The position numbers and the translations under genes are program-made. DNA of 64,000 nt from Candidatus Coproplasma stercoripullorum (GTDB taxonomy: Bacteria > Bacillota > Clostridia > Christensenellales > Borkfalkiaceae), in contig DVHB01000062.1 of assembly GCA_018712405.1 (NCBI GenBank), positions 1,684 to 65,683 on the forward strand, given 5' to 3'. Positions 36,853 through 46,318 of the stretch are shown piece after piece. Every line of letters begins with the position of its first letter. The stretch's first letter is position 1. Under the pieces are notes generated by a model, which made no database searches, was not told the DNA's origin, and saw nothing but the letters and a program-made list of their open reading frames with translations.

Positions 36853-37758
36853 TTGTCCGATATATTTGATGGCCACATCTGTGCCGGTATACCGCGCAGG
36901 GATAATTTCAGCTTTGCTTCGGCAACTACATACGGCAGCGGCGGTGTGGCCAAGGCTGCATTTTTCCCGAGAAGCGAGGAGGAAGCGGCTTTTATATACC
37001 GCGCTATGAGGGCCGGCGGTGAAAAATTCTGCGTGTTGGGTCGCGGCTCTAATGTGTTGGCGCAGGACGGAATATATAACGGCTATGTAATAAGTACGTC
37101 GCAGCTTAAATCGCCTGTGAGAATAGTTGATAGCGATGGGGAGAGAGTTGTTCTTGAAGTTTCCTGCGGTTTAAATGTAGGCGAGCTCATTTCTTTTTGT
37201 AAAAGGGAGGGGCTGACGGGGCTGGAGTATCTTGCCGGAATTCCCGCAAGCGTTGGAGGACTATTGTTTATGAACGGCGGGGCCGACGGAAAATATATCG
37301 GCGGAAACGTCTGTTCCGTTAAACTTTTAAGTGACAATTTGGAAATATTTTCTAACAAAGATTGCAATTTTACATATAAGCATAGTACTATGCGTGACAT
37401 GGATTGTATGATCGTAAGCGCGAAGCTTGCTGTGCGGCGTTCCGACAGGCATACAGTAAGCGAAAATGTTGTAAACAGGCTGGCCGCACGCAGACAGTTG
37501 CCTGCGGGCAGAAGCTGCGGATGTGTATTTGAAAATTACTGCGGCGTGAGCGCCGGAAAGATAATAGAAAACGCAGGGCTTAAGGGTGCGCGCGTTGGTT
37601 GCGCATATGTAAGTCCAAAGCACGCAAATTTTATAATCAACCGCGGACGCCGTTCTTCAGACGTGTTTACGCTCATATGTCGCGTTAAAGACGAGGTGTA
37701 TAAAAAATTCGGCGTCACGCTCAAGGAAGAGGTGTGCTATATCGGAGATTTTGAATGA
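36853..37758 (+). CDS. murB: UDP-N-acetylenolpyruvoylglucosamine reductase
   Basis: TTG start. FAD-binding domain (GRGSNVL), YKHS, GCVFEN and PKHANFIIN motifs. Confidence 0.85.
   Translation: MSDIFDGHICAGIPRRDNFSFASATTYGSGGVAKAAFFPRSEEEAAFIYRAMRAGGEKFCVLGRGSNVLAQDGIYNGYVISTSQLKSPVRIVDSDGERVVLEVSCGLNVGELISFCKREGLTGLEYLAGIPASVGGLLFMNGGADGKYIGGNVCSVKLLSDNLEIFSNKDCNFTYKHSTMRDMDCMIVSAKLAVRRSDRHTVSENVVNRLAARRQLPAGRSCGCVFENYCGVSAGKIIENAGLKGARVGCAYVSPKHANFIINRGRRSSDVFTLICRVKDEVYKKFGVTLKEEVCYIGDFE
37381..37400 (+). repeat. Copy of the recurrent motif (CATAGTACTATGCGTGACAT), perfect 12-bp palindrome
   Basis: Lies inside murB. AGT ACT ATG is in frame (KHSTMRD). Confidence 0.6.
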
Positions 37759-38531
37759 TTTTAACCGGAGATTACCATACGCATACGCCATATTCACACG
37801 GCAAAAACACAGTTTTAGAGAATACCGAAGCGGCAAAAAAGCTCGGTCTTAAAGCCATAGGCATAACTGACCATGGTTTTAACCACATAATTTTTGGCCT
37901 TCGCAGAAAAAAACTATGTGCACTACGCGCGGAGTGTACGGCGGCTGAGGAACTCACAGGCGTAAAAGTGCTCATGGGGATGGAGAGCAATCTTATCTCA
38001 ACTGACGGCGATACCGACATGAAAGAAGATGATCTTCAATATTTCGATTTGTATCTGTGCGGTATTCATGAGGTTTTACGTTATAAAAGTTTGAGGGATT
38101 TTTATTTTATTTCGCTAAAAAATTACGCTGCCTATAAGTTTGGCAAAAAGCCTTCGGATAGGCTCTTTGCGGCCACTACTAAGTCATATATAAATGCGGT
38201 AAAGAGAAATCCCATAGATATTCTCACGCACATTAATTTCAGGTGCTTCTGCGATATTGTTGAGGTTGCCAAATGTTGTGCTGACTACGGCACATATATC
38301 GAGATAAACACAAAAAAATACCATATCACACCCGAAGAGCTCAACGCAATGGCGCAGACGGGTGTGCGGTTTGTGATAGATTCCGACGCTCATTCGGCTG
38401 ACAGAGTGGGAGATACAAGGATCGCCGAGCAATTGCTGTCGCAGGCCGGCGTGCCTTTGGACAGGATAGACAATATTGAGGGGCGCGAGCCGAAGTTCCG
38501 TTTTGCCGAATACAAGCTAAGAAATTTATAA
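37755..38531 (+). CDS. PHP-domain phosphoesterase (histidinol-phosphatase-like)
   Basis: GDYHTHTPYSHG, ITDHG and IDSDAH metal-binding motifs. 4-nt overlap with murB. Confidence 0.75.
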   Translation: MILTGDYHTHTPYSHGKNTVLENTEAAKKLGLKAIGITDHGFNHIIFGLRRKKLCALRAECTAAEELTGVKVLMGMESNLISTDGDTDMKEDDLQYFDLYLCGIHEVLRYKSLRDFYFISLKNYAAYKFGKKPSDRLFAATTKSYINAVKRNPIDILTHINFRCFCDIVEVAKCCADYGTYIEINTKKYHITPEELNAMAQTGVRFVIDSDAHSADRVGDTRIAEQLLSQAGVPLDRIDNIEGREPKFRFAEYKLRNL

Positions 38532-38594
38532 TGCAACGCCGCATTTTTCCGGCACATATTTCTGCGCGCTATATGCGAGGCGTAGGTTTTAGTT

Positions 38595-39551
38595 ATGATA
38601 AGTTTTACAGAAGAGATCAAAAGCGAAATAATCAAAAATTTCACAGGCGGCAGGCCATGCGCTCTTGCCGCCCTTTCGGCATTTATACGCACGAGCGGCA
38701 GTCTTATAAAATCTGGCGGGGACTATGGTTTTGAGCTTTCGACCGAGAGCGAGTATACGGCGCATTTCTTTGCCGATATAATCGAACACCACTTCGGCAC
38801 AGAAATAAGCGGCTTCAGTTCACGTTCAGATCTTTCGAGCGGAAGGGATAAGCTGGTATTTTCATGCGTGAACGGCAACAGTACGCGCCTTTTGCGCGAT
38901 GCCGGGATAATCGGTGAGGATGAAGAGGGTCTTTTTGTCAATTTTTCGATAAAACAGGAACTTGTGGACTCGGATGAGTGTGCCGAAGCGTATATCAAAG
39001 GCGCATTTTTGGGTGGCGGCAGCTGCACGTTGCCCGATTCGCTCAGCTACAGCAGTACAGGATATCACTTTGAAGTTGTGTTTCACAACAAGATAACGGC
39101 CGGTGATTTCTGTGACATTCTCTGCGGGTTTGATATCCTCGCGAAGCTCGTCATGCGAAAGGACAGCGCTGTAATCTATTTAAAAAGCATCGAGGCGATA
39201 TCCGCGGCATTGTCGCATATTGGCGCAAAAAAATCTCTCGATAAGCTGCGCGTAGTCGCGCGCGAGCGCGACAATGCCAACAACGAAAACAGAGTGAACA
39301 ATTGCTCGGTTTCAAACATTGATAAAACTGTGTCGGCATCGGTGAAGCAGGTGCAGGCCATAGAAATTATCCGTTCTACGATAGGTCTGCAGAGTCTTGA
39401 CGAAAACCTGTTTTCGGTGGCGGAAGGCAGACTTGCCGATAAAAATGCTTCCATGCAGGAACTCGCCGACAGGCTTAAGATATCGAAGAGCTGTTTAAAC
39501 CACCGCTTCAGAAAGCTCATGGAAATGGCCAAACAGCTTGACGAAGGTTAA
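38595..39551 (+). CDS. whiA: DNA-binding protein WhiA (sporulation / cell-division regulator)
   Basis: MISFTEEIKSEI N-terminus, degenerate LAGLIDADG-type domains and a C-terminal HTH (ASMQELADRLKISKSCLNHRFRKL). Confidence 0.88.
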   Translation: MISFTEEIKSEIIKNFTGGRPCALAALSAFIRTSGSLIKSGGDYGFELSTESEYTAHFFADIIEHHFGTEISGFSSRSDLSSGRDKLVFSCVNGNSTRLLRDAGIIGEDEEGLFVNFSIKQELVDSDECAEAYIKGAFLGGGSCTLPDSLSYSSTGYHFEVVFHNKITAGDFCDILCGFDILAKLVMRKDSAVIYLKSIEAISAALSHIGAKKSLDKLRVVARERDNANNENRVNNCSVSNIDKTVSASVKQVQAIEIIRSTIGLQSLDENLFSVAEGRLADKNASMQELADRLKISKSCLNHRFRKLMEMAKQLDEG

Positions 39552-39670
39552 ATTTTCAATTGTCTATTTGCGTTATTTGTTTATTTACGAAGTACTGTGC
39601 GTAGCATAATTGCTGGTATTTGCCGAATATTTTGCTTGCGCTTTTTATACATAAGTTTAAAGAGGATATA

Positions 39671-42600
39671 ATGACTGATTTTGTTCATCTGCATCTTCAT
39701 ACCGAATACTCCCTGCTGGACGGGGCGTGCAAAATCGATAATTTGATAGAGTATTGCAAGGAGAACGGTATAAATGCCGTGGCTATAACCGACCACGGTA
39801 ATATGTATGGTACTCTGCACTTCGCCGAGAAAGCTGCCGTTGCGGGAATAAAGTACATAATCGGCTGCGAGTTCTATGTCACCAAGGATATGTGCGACAA
39901 GACCTCGAATACGGCCGAACACTTAATACTTCTTGCTAAGAATAAGGCTGGCTATAAAAATCTTGTCCAGCTTGACTCTATGGCATTTGTCGACGGATTC
40001 TATTATAAGCCGAAGATAGACTGTAATGTTCTCAGAGAACATTCCGAGGGTGTGATATGTCTTTCTGCATGCATAGCAGGCGGTATTCCGCGCAGGCTGT
40101 TGACAGGCGACTATGACGGCGCCAAAAAACTTGCCGTCAGCCTCAAAGAAATATTCGGCGACGATTTTTACATTGAAATACAGAATCACGGGCTTGATGA
40201 AGAGAAGCGCGTTCTGCCGCTGCTCGTAAGGCTTGCCGACGAGATAGGCGTGGAACTGGTTGCCACGAACGACGTCCATTACCTCAAAAAAGAGGACGCA
40301 GAGATGCAGGACGTGCTGATGTGCATACAGATGAAAAAGACTCTCGACGACCCTAAACGAATGAAGTTCGGCACAAATGAGTTCTACTTCAAGAGCGGCG
40401 ACGAGATGGCCGACCTGTTCCCCAATCTGCCGCGCGCTATTTCCAACACGCGCGTCATTGCCGACAAGGTGACGGAGCCTGCCTTCAATTTAGATAAAAA
40501 AGGTTACCCCGTGAGAGATACTTCGCTCATTCCCGGTTATACCCCTCCGGATGGCAGCACGCCCGAGCAGTACCTGCGCAAATTAACTGACGAGGGACTC
40601 AGGCGCCGCTACGGTACTGTCACGCAGCGAGAACGCGAGCGCGCCGACTATGAGCTGAAAGTTATTTGCTCGATGGGCTATGCCGAATATTACCTTATCG
40701 TGTGGGATTTCATCAACTGGTCGCGTGAGCAGGGCATACCCGTCGGCCCCGGCAGGGGTTCGGGCGTAAGTTCGATAGTCGCGTATTCCATAGGCATAAC
40801 CGACGTCGAGCCCCTGCAGTACGACCTGCTGTTTGAGCGTTTTTTAAATCCGGACCGCGTCTCTATGCCCGACTTTGATATTGATTTCTGTACCGACAGG
40901 CGCGAAGAGACGATAGAATATGTCCGCAATAAATACCACCCCGAAAACGTTTGCCAGATAGTTACCTTCGGCACAATGGCCGCAAAGAACTCAATAAAGG
41001 ACGTTGGCAGAGTGATGAACGTGCCATATTCGGAGACGGACAGGCTGACCAAAATAATGGACGGCAAGACATCGATCAGCGACCTTTTGGGGCTCAATAT
41101 CGAAAAGACGAGAAAGAAGATGCAGGCGGAAGAGGACGAGGACAAACGCGCATCCATTGCCGATAAACTGAACGAGCTCCAGCTTGCCCGCAACGCCGAG
41201 TTCTGCGAGATGTACGAAAACGACGCCACTCTGCATGAGGTTATAGACATGGCCCTCAAGATAGAGGGCATGCCGAGGCAGACGGGAATGCATGCCGCCG
41301 GCGTTGTCATATGCCGCAAGAAGATTGCCGATAATGTGCCGCTGTCCAGGAACGGCGACGATATCACCACTCAGTTCGTTGCAAAAGAGATAGAGGCGCT
41401 TGGAATGCTCAAAATGGACTTCCTTGCTCTTGTCACACTCACTGATATAAAAAAGTGTATAGACTATATAAAGGAAGACTATGGCCGCGACATAGATTTC
41501 AATGAGATAGGCTATACCGACGCGGGTGCATATGAATTGATATCGGAGGGGGATACCGACGGCGTGTTTCAGCTTGAAGCGGGCGGCATGAAAAAGTTCA
41601 TGCGGCAGCTCAAGCCCGATACTCTTGAGGATTTGATTGCGGGAGTTTCACTCTACCGCCCCGGCCCCATGAAGTTCATCGATTCTTTCTGCAACAGAAA
41701 ACACGGTTTGGAACCCATTACTTACGACTGTCCGCAGGAGGAGAAAATATTAAAGGTAACTTACGGCATTCCCGTGTATCAGGAACAGGTGATGCAGATA
41801 TTCCAGTATCTTGCCGGTTTCTCTCTGGGTGAGGCCGATCTTGTGCGACGCGCAATGGGTAAAAAAGACAAAAAGACGTTGCTTGCGCAGAAGGATAAGT
41901 TTATATACGGCGGTACGAGCGACGTAAACGGTTCGCATATCGACGGCTGCATAAAGAACGGAATTTCTGCTGAAGTCGCCTCCAAGATATTTGCAGACAT
42001 GGAGGGCTTCGCTTCGTATGCGTTCAACAAATCTCATGCGGCGGCATACGCTACGCTCGCATATCAGACTGCGTGGCTCAAAAAATACTACATCAAAGAA
42101 TTTATCTGCGGCCTTCTGAATAACCGACTGAATAAAATAGACGAAATTACCAAATACGTACTGTATCTCAAAGACAAGGGACTTAAGGTCCTTCCGCCCG
42201 ATATAAACCGCTCAAAGACGGTGTTCTCCGTTGAGAATGATGGAGTAAGGTTCGGCCTCTCGGCCCTGAGGGGTACCGGTCAGGCCGCGATTGATCTTGT
42301 CATTCAGGAACGCACAAAAAACGGGCCGTTTGAGGATTTCCCCGACTTCATTTCGCGCTGCGCCGCAATGCTCAACAAGCGCATGATAGAGGGGCTGATA
42401 TATGCCGGCGCGTTTGATTCTTTCGGCGTGTATCGTTCACAGCTGATTCTTGTATACGATAATCTCTATCAGCGTGCTTCGAGCATTGCAAAGCAGAAGA
42501 ACAGCGCGCAGATGAGCCTTTTCGGCGACTTTATAAAGGAGGAAAAGCTCGAAGTAAAATATCCCGACGTGCCTGAATACGAGCTCAACGAAAAACTCGC

Positions 42601-43267
42601 CAAAGAGAAGGAGGTACTCGGCGTATATGTAAGCGGACACCCCTTTGAAAAGTACATGAATAGCTTTACAGATTGCAATTTTAACTGCAGTCTGCTGGAC
42701 GACTATACCGAGGACGAAGATGGTGAACGCACATATAATGCCGTTAAAGACGGCATGCGTGTAACTATGGGCGGTGTGATCACTGCATTCAAGCGCACGG
42801 TCACAAAGCGCACTGGCGCGCATATGGCTTTTATCACCCTTGAGGATGTATACGGCAGCGTGGAATGTCTGGCTTTCCCCAATATGTATGAAAAATTCAG
42901 GGGATTGATCGTAAACGATAAAATCGTGCGAGTAAGCGGCAAGCTTGACCTTGAAAACGGCAAAGAGCCTACAATCATTCTCGACGGGATAACGGCGTTC
43001 GACGCCTCTTCGGCGGACTCTTCTGCAACTGACGTCCAAGCGGCGCCAAAAAAGAAGCGCGACATTCTGTGGCTGAACGCGACGGATCTTTCGGACGACG
43101 ACTTTGACGAGCTTGTGGCGATGCTCGGCAACTATGAGGGGGAAACTGGTTGCGCTATAAAACGCGGCGATAAAAAGTTCCGGCTTGACGGAGGTGTAAA
43201 TTATTGCCGCGGCTTGCTTGCGGAACTGAGCACCTTTTTGAACGAGGCCGACGTAAAGCTTGTTTAA
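39671..43267 (+). CDS. dnaE: DNA polymerase III alpha subunit (DnaE type)
   Basis: Start chosen at MTDFVHLHLHTEYSLLDGA (PHP domain). Polymerase core (PDFDIDF), HhH and OB-fold follow. About 1198 aa. Confidence 0.93.
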   Translation: MTDFVHLHLHTEYSLLDGACKIDNLIEYCKENGINAVAITDHGNMYGTLHFAEKAAVAGIKYIIGCEFYVTKDMCDKTSNTAEHLILLAKNKAGYKNLVQLDSMAFVDGFYYKPKIDCNVLREHSEGVICLSACIAGGIPRRLLTGDYDGAKKLAVSLKEIFGDDFYIEIQNHGLDEEKRVLPLLVRLADEIGVELVATNDVHYLKKEDAEMQDVLMCIQMKKTLDDPKRMKFGTNEFYFKSGDEMADLFPNLPRAISNTRVIADKVTEPAFNLDKKGYPVRDTSLIPGYTPPDGSTPEQYLRKLTDEGLRRRYGTVTQRERERADYELKVICSMGYAEYYLIVWDFINWSREQGIPVGPGRGSGVSSIVAYSIGITDVEPLQYDLLFERFLNPDRVSMPDFDIDFCTDRREETIEYVRNKYHPENVCQIVTFGTMAAKNSIKDVGRVMNVPYSETDRLTKIMDGKTSISDLLGLNIEKTRKKMQAEEDEDKRASIADKLNELQLARNAEFCEMYENDATLHEVIDMALKIEGMPRQTGMHAAGVVICRKKIADNVPLSRNGDDITTQFVAKEIEALGMLKMDFLALVTLTDIKKCIDYIKEDYGRDIDFNEIGYTDAGAYELISEGDTDGVFQLEAGGMKKFMRQLKPDTLEDLIAGVSLYRPGPMKFIDSFCNRKHGLEPITYDCPQEEKILKVTYGIPVYQEQVMQIFQYLAGFSLGEADLVRRAMGKKDKKTLLAQKDKFIYGGTSDVNGSHIDGCIKNGISAEVASKIFADMEGFASYAFNKSHAAAYATLAYQTAWLKKYYIKEFICGLLNNRLNKIDEITKYVLYLKDKGLKVLPPDINRSKTVFSVENDGVRFGLSALRGTGQAAIDLVIQERTKNGPFEDFPDFISRCAAMLNKRMIEGLIYAGAFDSFGVYRSQLILVYDNLYQRASSIAKQKNSAQMSLFGDFIKEEKLEVKYPDVPEYELNEKLAKEKEVLGVYVSGHPFEKYMNSFTDCNFNCSLLDDYTEDEDGERTYNAVKDGMRVTMGGVITAFKRTVTKRTGAHMAFITLEDVYGSVECLAFPNMYEKFRGLIVNDKIVRVSGKLDLENGKEPTIILDGITAFDASSADSSATDVQAAPKKKRDILWLNATDLSDDDFDELVAMLGNYEGETGCAIKRGDKKFRLDGGVNYCRGLLAELSTFLNEADVKLV

Positions 43268-43331
43268 CGCGGTTTTTCCCTGTCTGAAATATTTTTTGTA
43301 AATGCAGAACGACAAAATCGGGTAAATATTG

Positions 43332-43380
43332 TGAGCGGAGAGTGCAAAAATAGCCTTCTCCGCTCATATTACTATTTTTT
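43332..43380 (+). terminator. Terminator candidate after dnaE
   Basis: TGAGCGGAGAG...CTTCTCCGCTCA imperfect hairpin followed by a T-rich tract. Confidence 0.5.
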
Positions 43381-43403
43381 ACTGTTTTATTTTGCTAAAA
43401 CTA

Positions 43404-43432
43404 TTGAAATTTTTTTTTCTATTTGTTATAAT
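43404..43432 (+). promoter_or_regulatory. Sigma-A type (extended -10) promoter of pfkA
   Basis: TTGAAA (43404-43409), 17-nt spacer ending in TGT, TATAAT (43427-43432). Confidence 0.55.
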
Positions 43433-43547
43433 ATATAACTGGAATGATGATTAGAAGTGCGCCTTATTTGATGCATAAGGGGGCTTGCGGCTTTGCCGCG
43501 CGGCGCGCTGCAAAAAATAACGACTTATTTTTTCGGCGGAGGTTTTT

Positions 43548-44510
43548 ATGAAGAGAATAGGCTTGCTTACCAGTGGCGGCGACGCCCCCGGCATGAACGC
43601 CTGTATAAGGGCGGTTGTCCGCAGCGCGCTTTACTTCGGCATGGAAGTGTACGGCGTAGAACGCGGTTATCAGGGTCTTATCGACGACGAGATGATATCA
43701 ATGGATATGCGCTCCGTCTCAGATATCGTCCAGCGCGGCGGCACCAAACTTCGCACGGCAAGGTGTCTTGAAATGCTCACCAAAGAAGGGCAGAAGAGGG
43801 CTGTCCGCACCCTTGAGGCGCGCGGAATAGAGGGCCTCGTCGTAATCGGCGGCGACGGCTCGTTCAGGGGAGCAAAGACTCTCTCTGAGGAATACGGTAT
43901 CCCCACGATCGGCATTCCGGGCACGATAGACAACGACCTTGAGTACACAGACTATACTCTCGGTTTCGATACGGCGGTTAACACCTGCATCGACGTTATA
44001 AATAAATTGCGCGATACTATGACCTCGCACGAGAGGATATCCGTAGTTGAAGTTATGGGCAGACGTTGCGGAGATATTGCTCTGTACGCCGGCATTGCCA
44101 GCGGCGCGGAGATAATCGTCGTTCCTGAAGTTGTTTTTGATCTCGACGATATCGTAATGAAGATAAACCGTTCGCGTGCAAACGGTAAGCACTCCAATAT
44201 CGTTGTCGTGGCCGAGGGTGTGTGCACGGCGGAAGAGTTTGCAAAACAGCTTCAGTCGATAACGACATATTCTGTGCGTCCCACAACGATAGGCCATATT
44301 CAGCGCGGCGGTTCGCCTTCCATGGCCGACAGAATGCTTGCCGCGCAGTTCGGCAACAAGGCCGTCCGTCTTCTGAACGACGGCATAGGCAACAGAGTGG
44401 TTGGTATCCATAAGAACGAAATTATAGATATGGATATTATCGAAGCCGTCAACATGAAGAAGAAGTTTAACTACGAACTCTATGAAACTCTGCAGATGAT
44501 TTCGATGTAA
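43548..44510 (+). CDS. pfkA: ATP-dependent 6-phosphofructokinase
   Basis: MKRIGLLTSGGDAPGMNA, GGDGS, PGTIDND and GHIQRGG motifs. Confidence 0.93.
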   Translation: MKRIGLLTSGGDAPGMNACIRAVVRSALYFGMEVYGVERGYQGLIDDEMISMDMRSVSDIVQRGGTKLRTARCLEMLTKEGQKRAVRTLEARGIEGLVVIGGDGSFRGAKTLSEEYGIPTIGIPGTIDNDLEYTDYTLGFDTAVNTCIDVINKLRDTMTSHERISVVEVMGRRCGDIALYAGIASGAEIIVVPEVVFDLDDIVMKINRSRANGKHSNIVVVAEGVCTAEEFAKQLQSITTYSVRPTTIGHIQRGGSPSMADRMLAAQFGNKAVRLLNDGIGNRVVGIHKNEIIDMDIIEAVNMKKKFNYELYETLQMISM

Positions 44511-44565
44511 CTTTCCAAGCTTATATTTGCCGCAGTAAAGTTTTTCGTAATAGTTTGCCGGAGGA

Positions 44566-45492
44566 GTGATGATATTAAGCATATGTTTGAGCCCGTGCAT
44601 AGACGTCAATATGGAAGTTGACAGCCTTAGTGTGGGAAAGACCAATAAAATACTCAACAAGCGTATCTACTTTACGGGAAAGGCGATAAACACGGCGCGC
44701 GGCTTAAAGCGGCTGGGCGCCGAAGTTTATGCGACCGGTTTCATGTACAAGGATAACGGCAGGCTGTTCGAGCAGGAATTACACTATGAGTGCGTACCAT
44801 ATCAGTTCGTGTGGTGCCCCGGCCGCGTGCGTGAAAACTATAAATTTGTAGATAATAAGTCTATGCTCACCGAAGTGGACGATATCAGTCCCGAGGTCAG
44901 CGAAGAGAAGAAGGCCGAACTGGTTGAAAAAGTCCGCGAACTCTCCAAAAAGTGTGAGGCCGTAGTGCTTTCGGGCGGGCTGGCGAAGGACATGTCGCCC
45001 TCCTATTACGGCGAAGTGCTCAGTGCCGTGCCCGCAGGCGTAAAAAAGATCGTCGATACCTCGGGCGAGCGCCTGTTTGAGGCATTGAAATGTGGAGTGG
45101 ATCTGGTAAAACCCAATCTTCAGGAACTTCAGAGCACTTTGAATATAACGGTGAACAGCAAGGAGGATATGCTGTACGGCTGCCGCGAACTTTTAAAACG
45201 GGGCGCAAAGTACGTCCTTCTTTCGCTCGGCAAAGAGGGAGCGGTAATAACCGACGGGGACAGGGGTTTTTACTGCAAAAGCATAAACGTCGCCATGAAT
45301 TCCACTATAGGGGCGGGCGACGGAATGGTTGCGGCGGCAACTTTCGCGCTCGCCAAGGGCGGCTCGCTTGAAGAGATACTGCGCTGCGGAGTTGCGGGCG
45401 GTACGGCAGCGGTGACCACTCCCGACAGCATAACTTTCAAACGCGAAAAGTATGAAGAAATTTTAAACGGGCTTGAGACTGTGGAACTCTGA
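44566..45492 (+). CDS. PfkB-family sugar-phosphate kinase (1-phosphofructokinase / tagatose-6-phosphate kinase-like)
   Basis: 308 aa with LKPNLQEL and the C-terminal GAGDGMVAA motif. The start is either GTG 44566 or ATG 44569. Confidence 0.75.
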   Translation: MMILSICLSPCIDVNMEVDSLSVGKTNKILNKRIYFTGKAINTARGLKRLGAEVYATGFMYKDNGRLFEQELHYECVPYQFVWCPGRVRENYKFVDNKSMLTEVDDISPEVSEEKKAELVEKVRELSKKCEAVVLSGGLAKDMSPSYYGEVLSAVPAGVKKIVDTSGERLFEALKCGVDLVKPNLQELQSTLNITVNSKEDMLYGCRELLKRGAKYVLLSLGKEGAVITDGDRGFYCKSINVAMNSTIGAGDGMVAAATFALAKGGSLEEILRCGVAGGTAAVTTPDSITFKREKYEEILNGLETVEL

Positions 45493-45565
45493 ATTTGATG
45501 ATGTTTTTTTGTTCATCGGGTTCCGATTTTTTGCTCATACATATGCTATGAACGGGAGTCTGTTT

Positions 45566-46147
45566 ATGTGGGATAAAAATAAACCGTTAAAACTTGCCGA
45601 TGCACTTTGCTTCAGCGCCCGCACAATGCAACATATCATAGATGTCGATAAATGCGTCGCAAGTGAAAAGCTTGGCACAGATCTCTGCGGAAATTACGCT
45701 CCTTTTTGCAGTGTCTGCACAAAGCGGGCGAGCGACCCTTGTTCGACAGCATACAGAATAAGCGAGCGCATGGCTATGATGCCGGCATTTTTCGATTCAA
45801 CGGAAGCAGACGATGCGCAGGTAATTCAAGCCGTAGCCGATGTTGATAAATACCTCGCGAGCGAGGGGTTGGGCGTCGATTTGTGCGGAAGATATGCCCC
45901 TTTTTGCTCTGTGTGCGATAAATCTCAGCCTTTCCCGTGCGGGAACGCCTATTTAAGAATGAAGGATATCGAAAATTTTTCAACCAAAGCGCTTGTTGCC
46001 CAGGAGGGCGGCGAACTTACAATAAACGCACCGCAGTGGGATGAAGCGCTCACGCAGGTGCTCGAGTCCGACGCAGAAGTTGCGGCGGATAAAGTAGCGG
46101 AGCGCAGAATAAAGATAGGGACGGCCAGACGCAGGATAAGCGGCTGA
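45566..46147 (+). CDS. Uncharacterized cytoplasmic protein with two tandem Cys-rich repeats
   Basis: Start chosen at ATG 45566, 8 nt after GGGAG; ATG 45548 is also in frame. It has two repeats of about 45 aa: DVDKCVASEKLGTDLCGNYAPFCSVCTKRASDPCSTAY and DVDKYLASEGLGVDLCGRYAPFCSVCDKSQPFPCGNAY. Confidence 0.55.
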   Translation: MWDKNKPLKLADALCFSARTMQHIIDVDKCVASEKLGTDLCGNYAPFCSVCTKRASDPCSTAYRISERMAMMPAFFDSTEADDAQVIQAVADVDKYLASEGLGVDLCGRYAPFCSVCDKSQPFPCGNAYLRMKDIENFSTKALVAQEGGELTINAPQWDEALTQVLESDAEVAADKVAERRIKIGTARRRISG

Positions 46148-46267
46148 ACGGGTTTTGTATAAATTAACTGTTGGCAGACAGTTGTTTTTCACCGCGCGTC
46201 TTTGTTTTGTGTGTTTTTTGGACGAGAATAAATGCGGGGAAAAAACTAAAATATATTGTTTCAGACT

Positions 46268-46294
46268 GAACGGCTTTCGGCCGTTCTTTTTTTT
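46268..46294 (+). terminator. Rho-independent terminator
   Basis: GAACGGC / GCCGTTC stem followed by TTTTTTTT. Confidence 0.7.
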
Positions 46295-46318
46295 GTTCTC
46301 AGTGAATAGATTAGGTGT

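Noticed and set aside
42437-44660. Minus-strand ORFs of 292 aa (42437-43315) and 313 aa (43719-44660)
   Set aside because: They are antisense to dnaE and to pfkA/pfkB respectively, with no motifs. Both are shadow ORFs.
46190-46318. Sigma-E / sigma-G type promoter for spoIIIA, and sigma-F/G promoter for spoIVB (60216-60281)
   Set aside because: I could not align convincing -35/-10 elements with correct spacing to the sporulation sigma consensus sequences. A promoter is expected biologically, but I cannot support one from the sequence.
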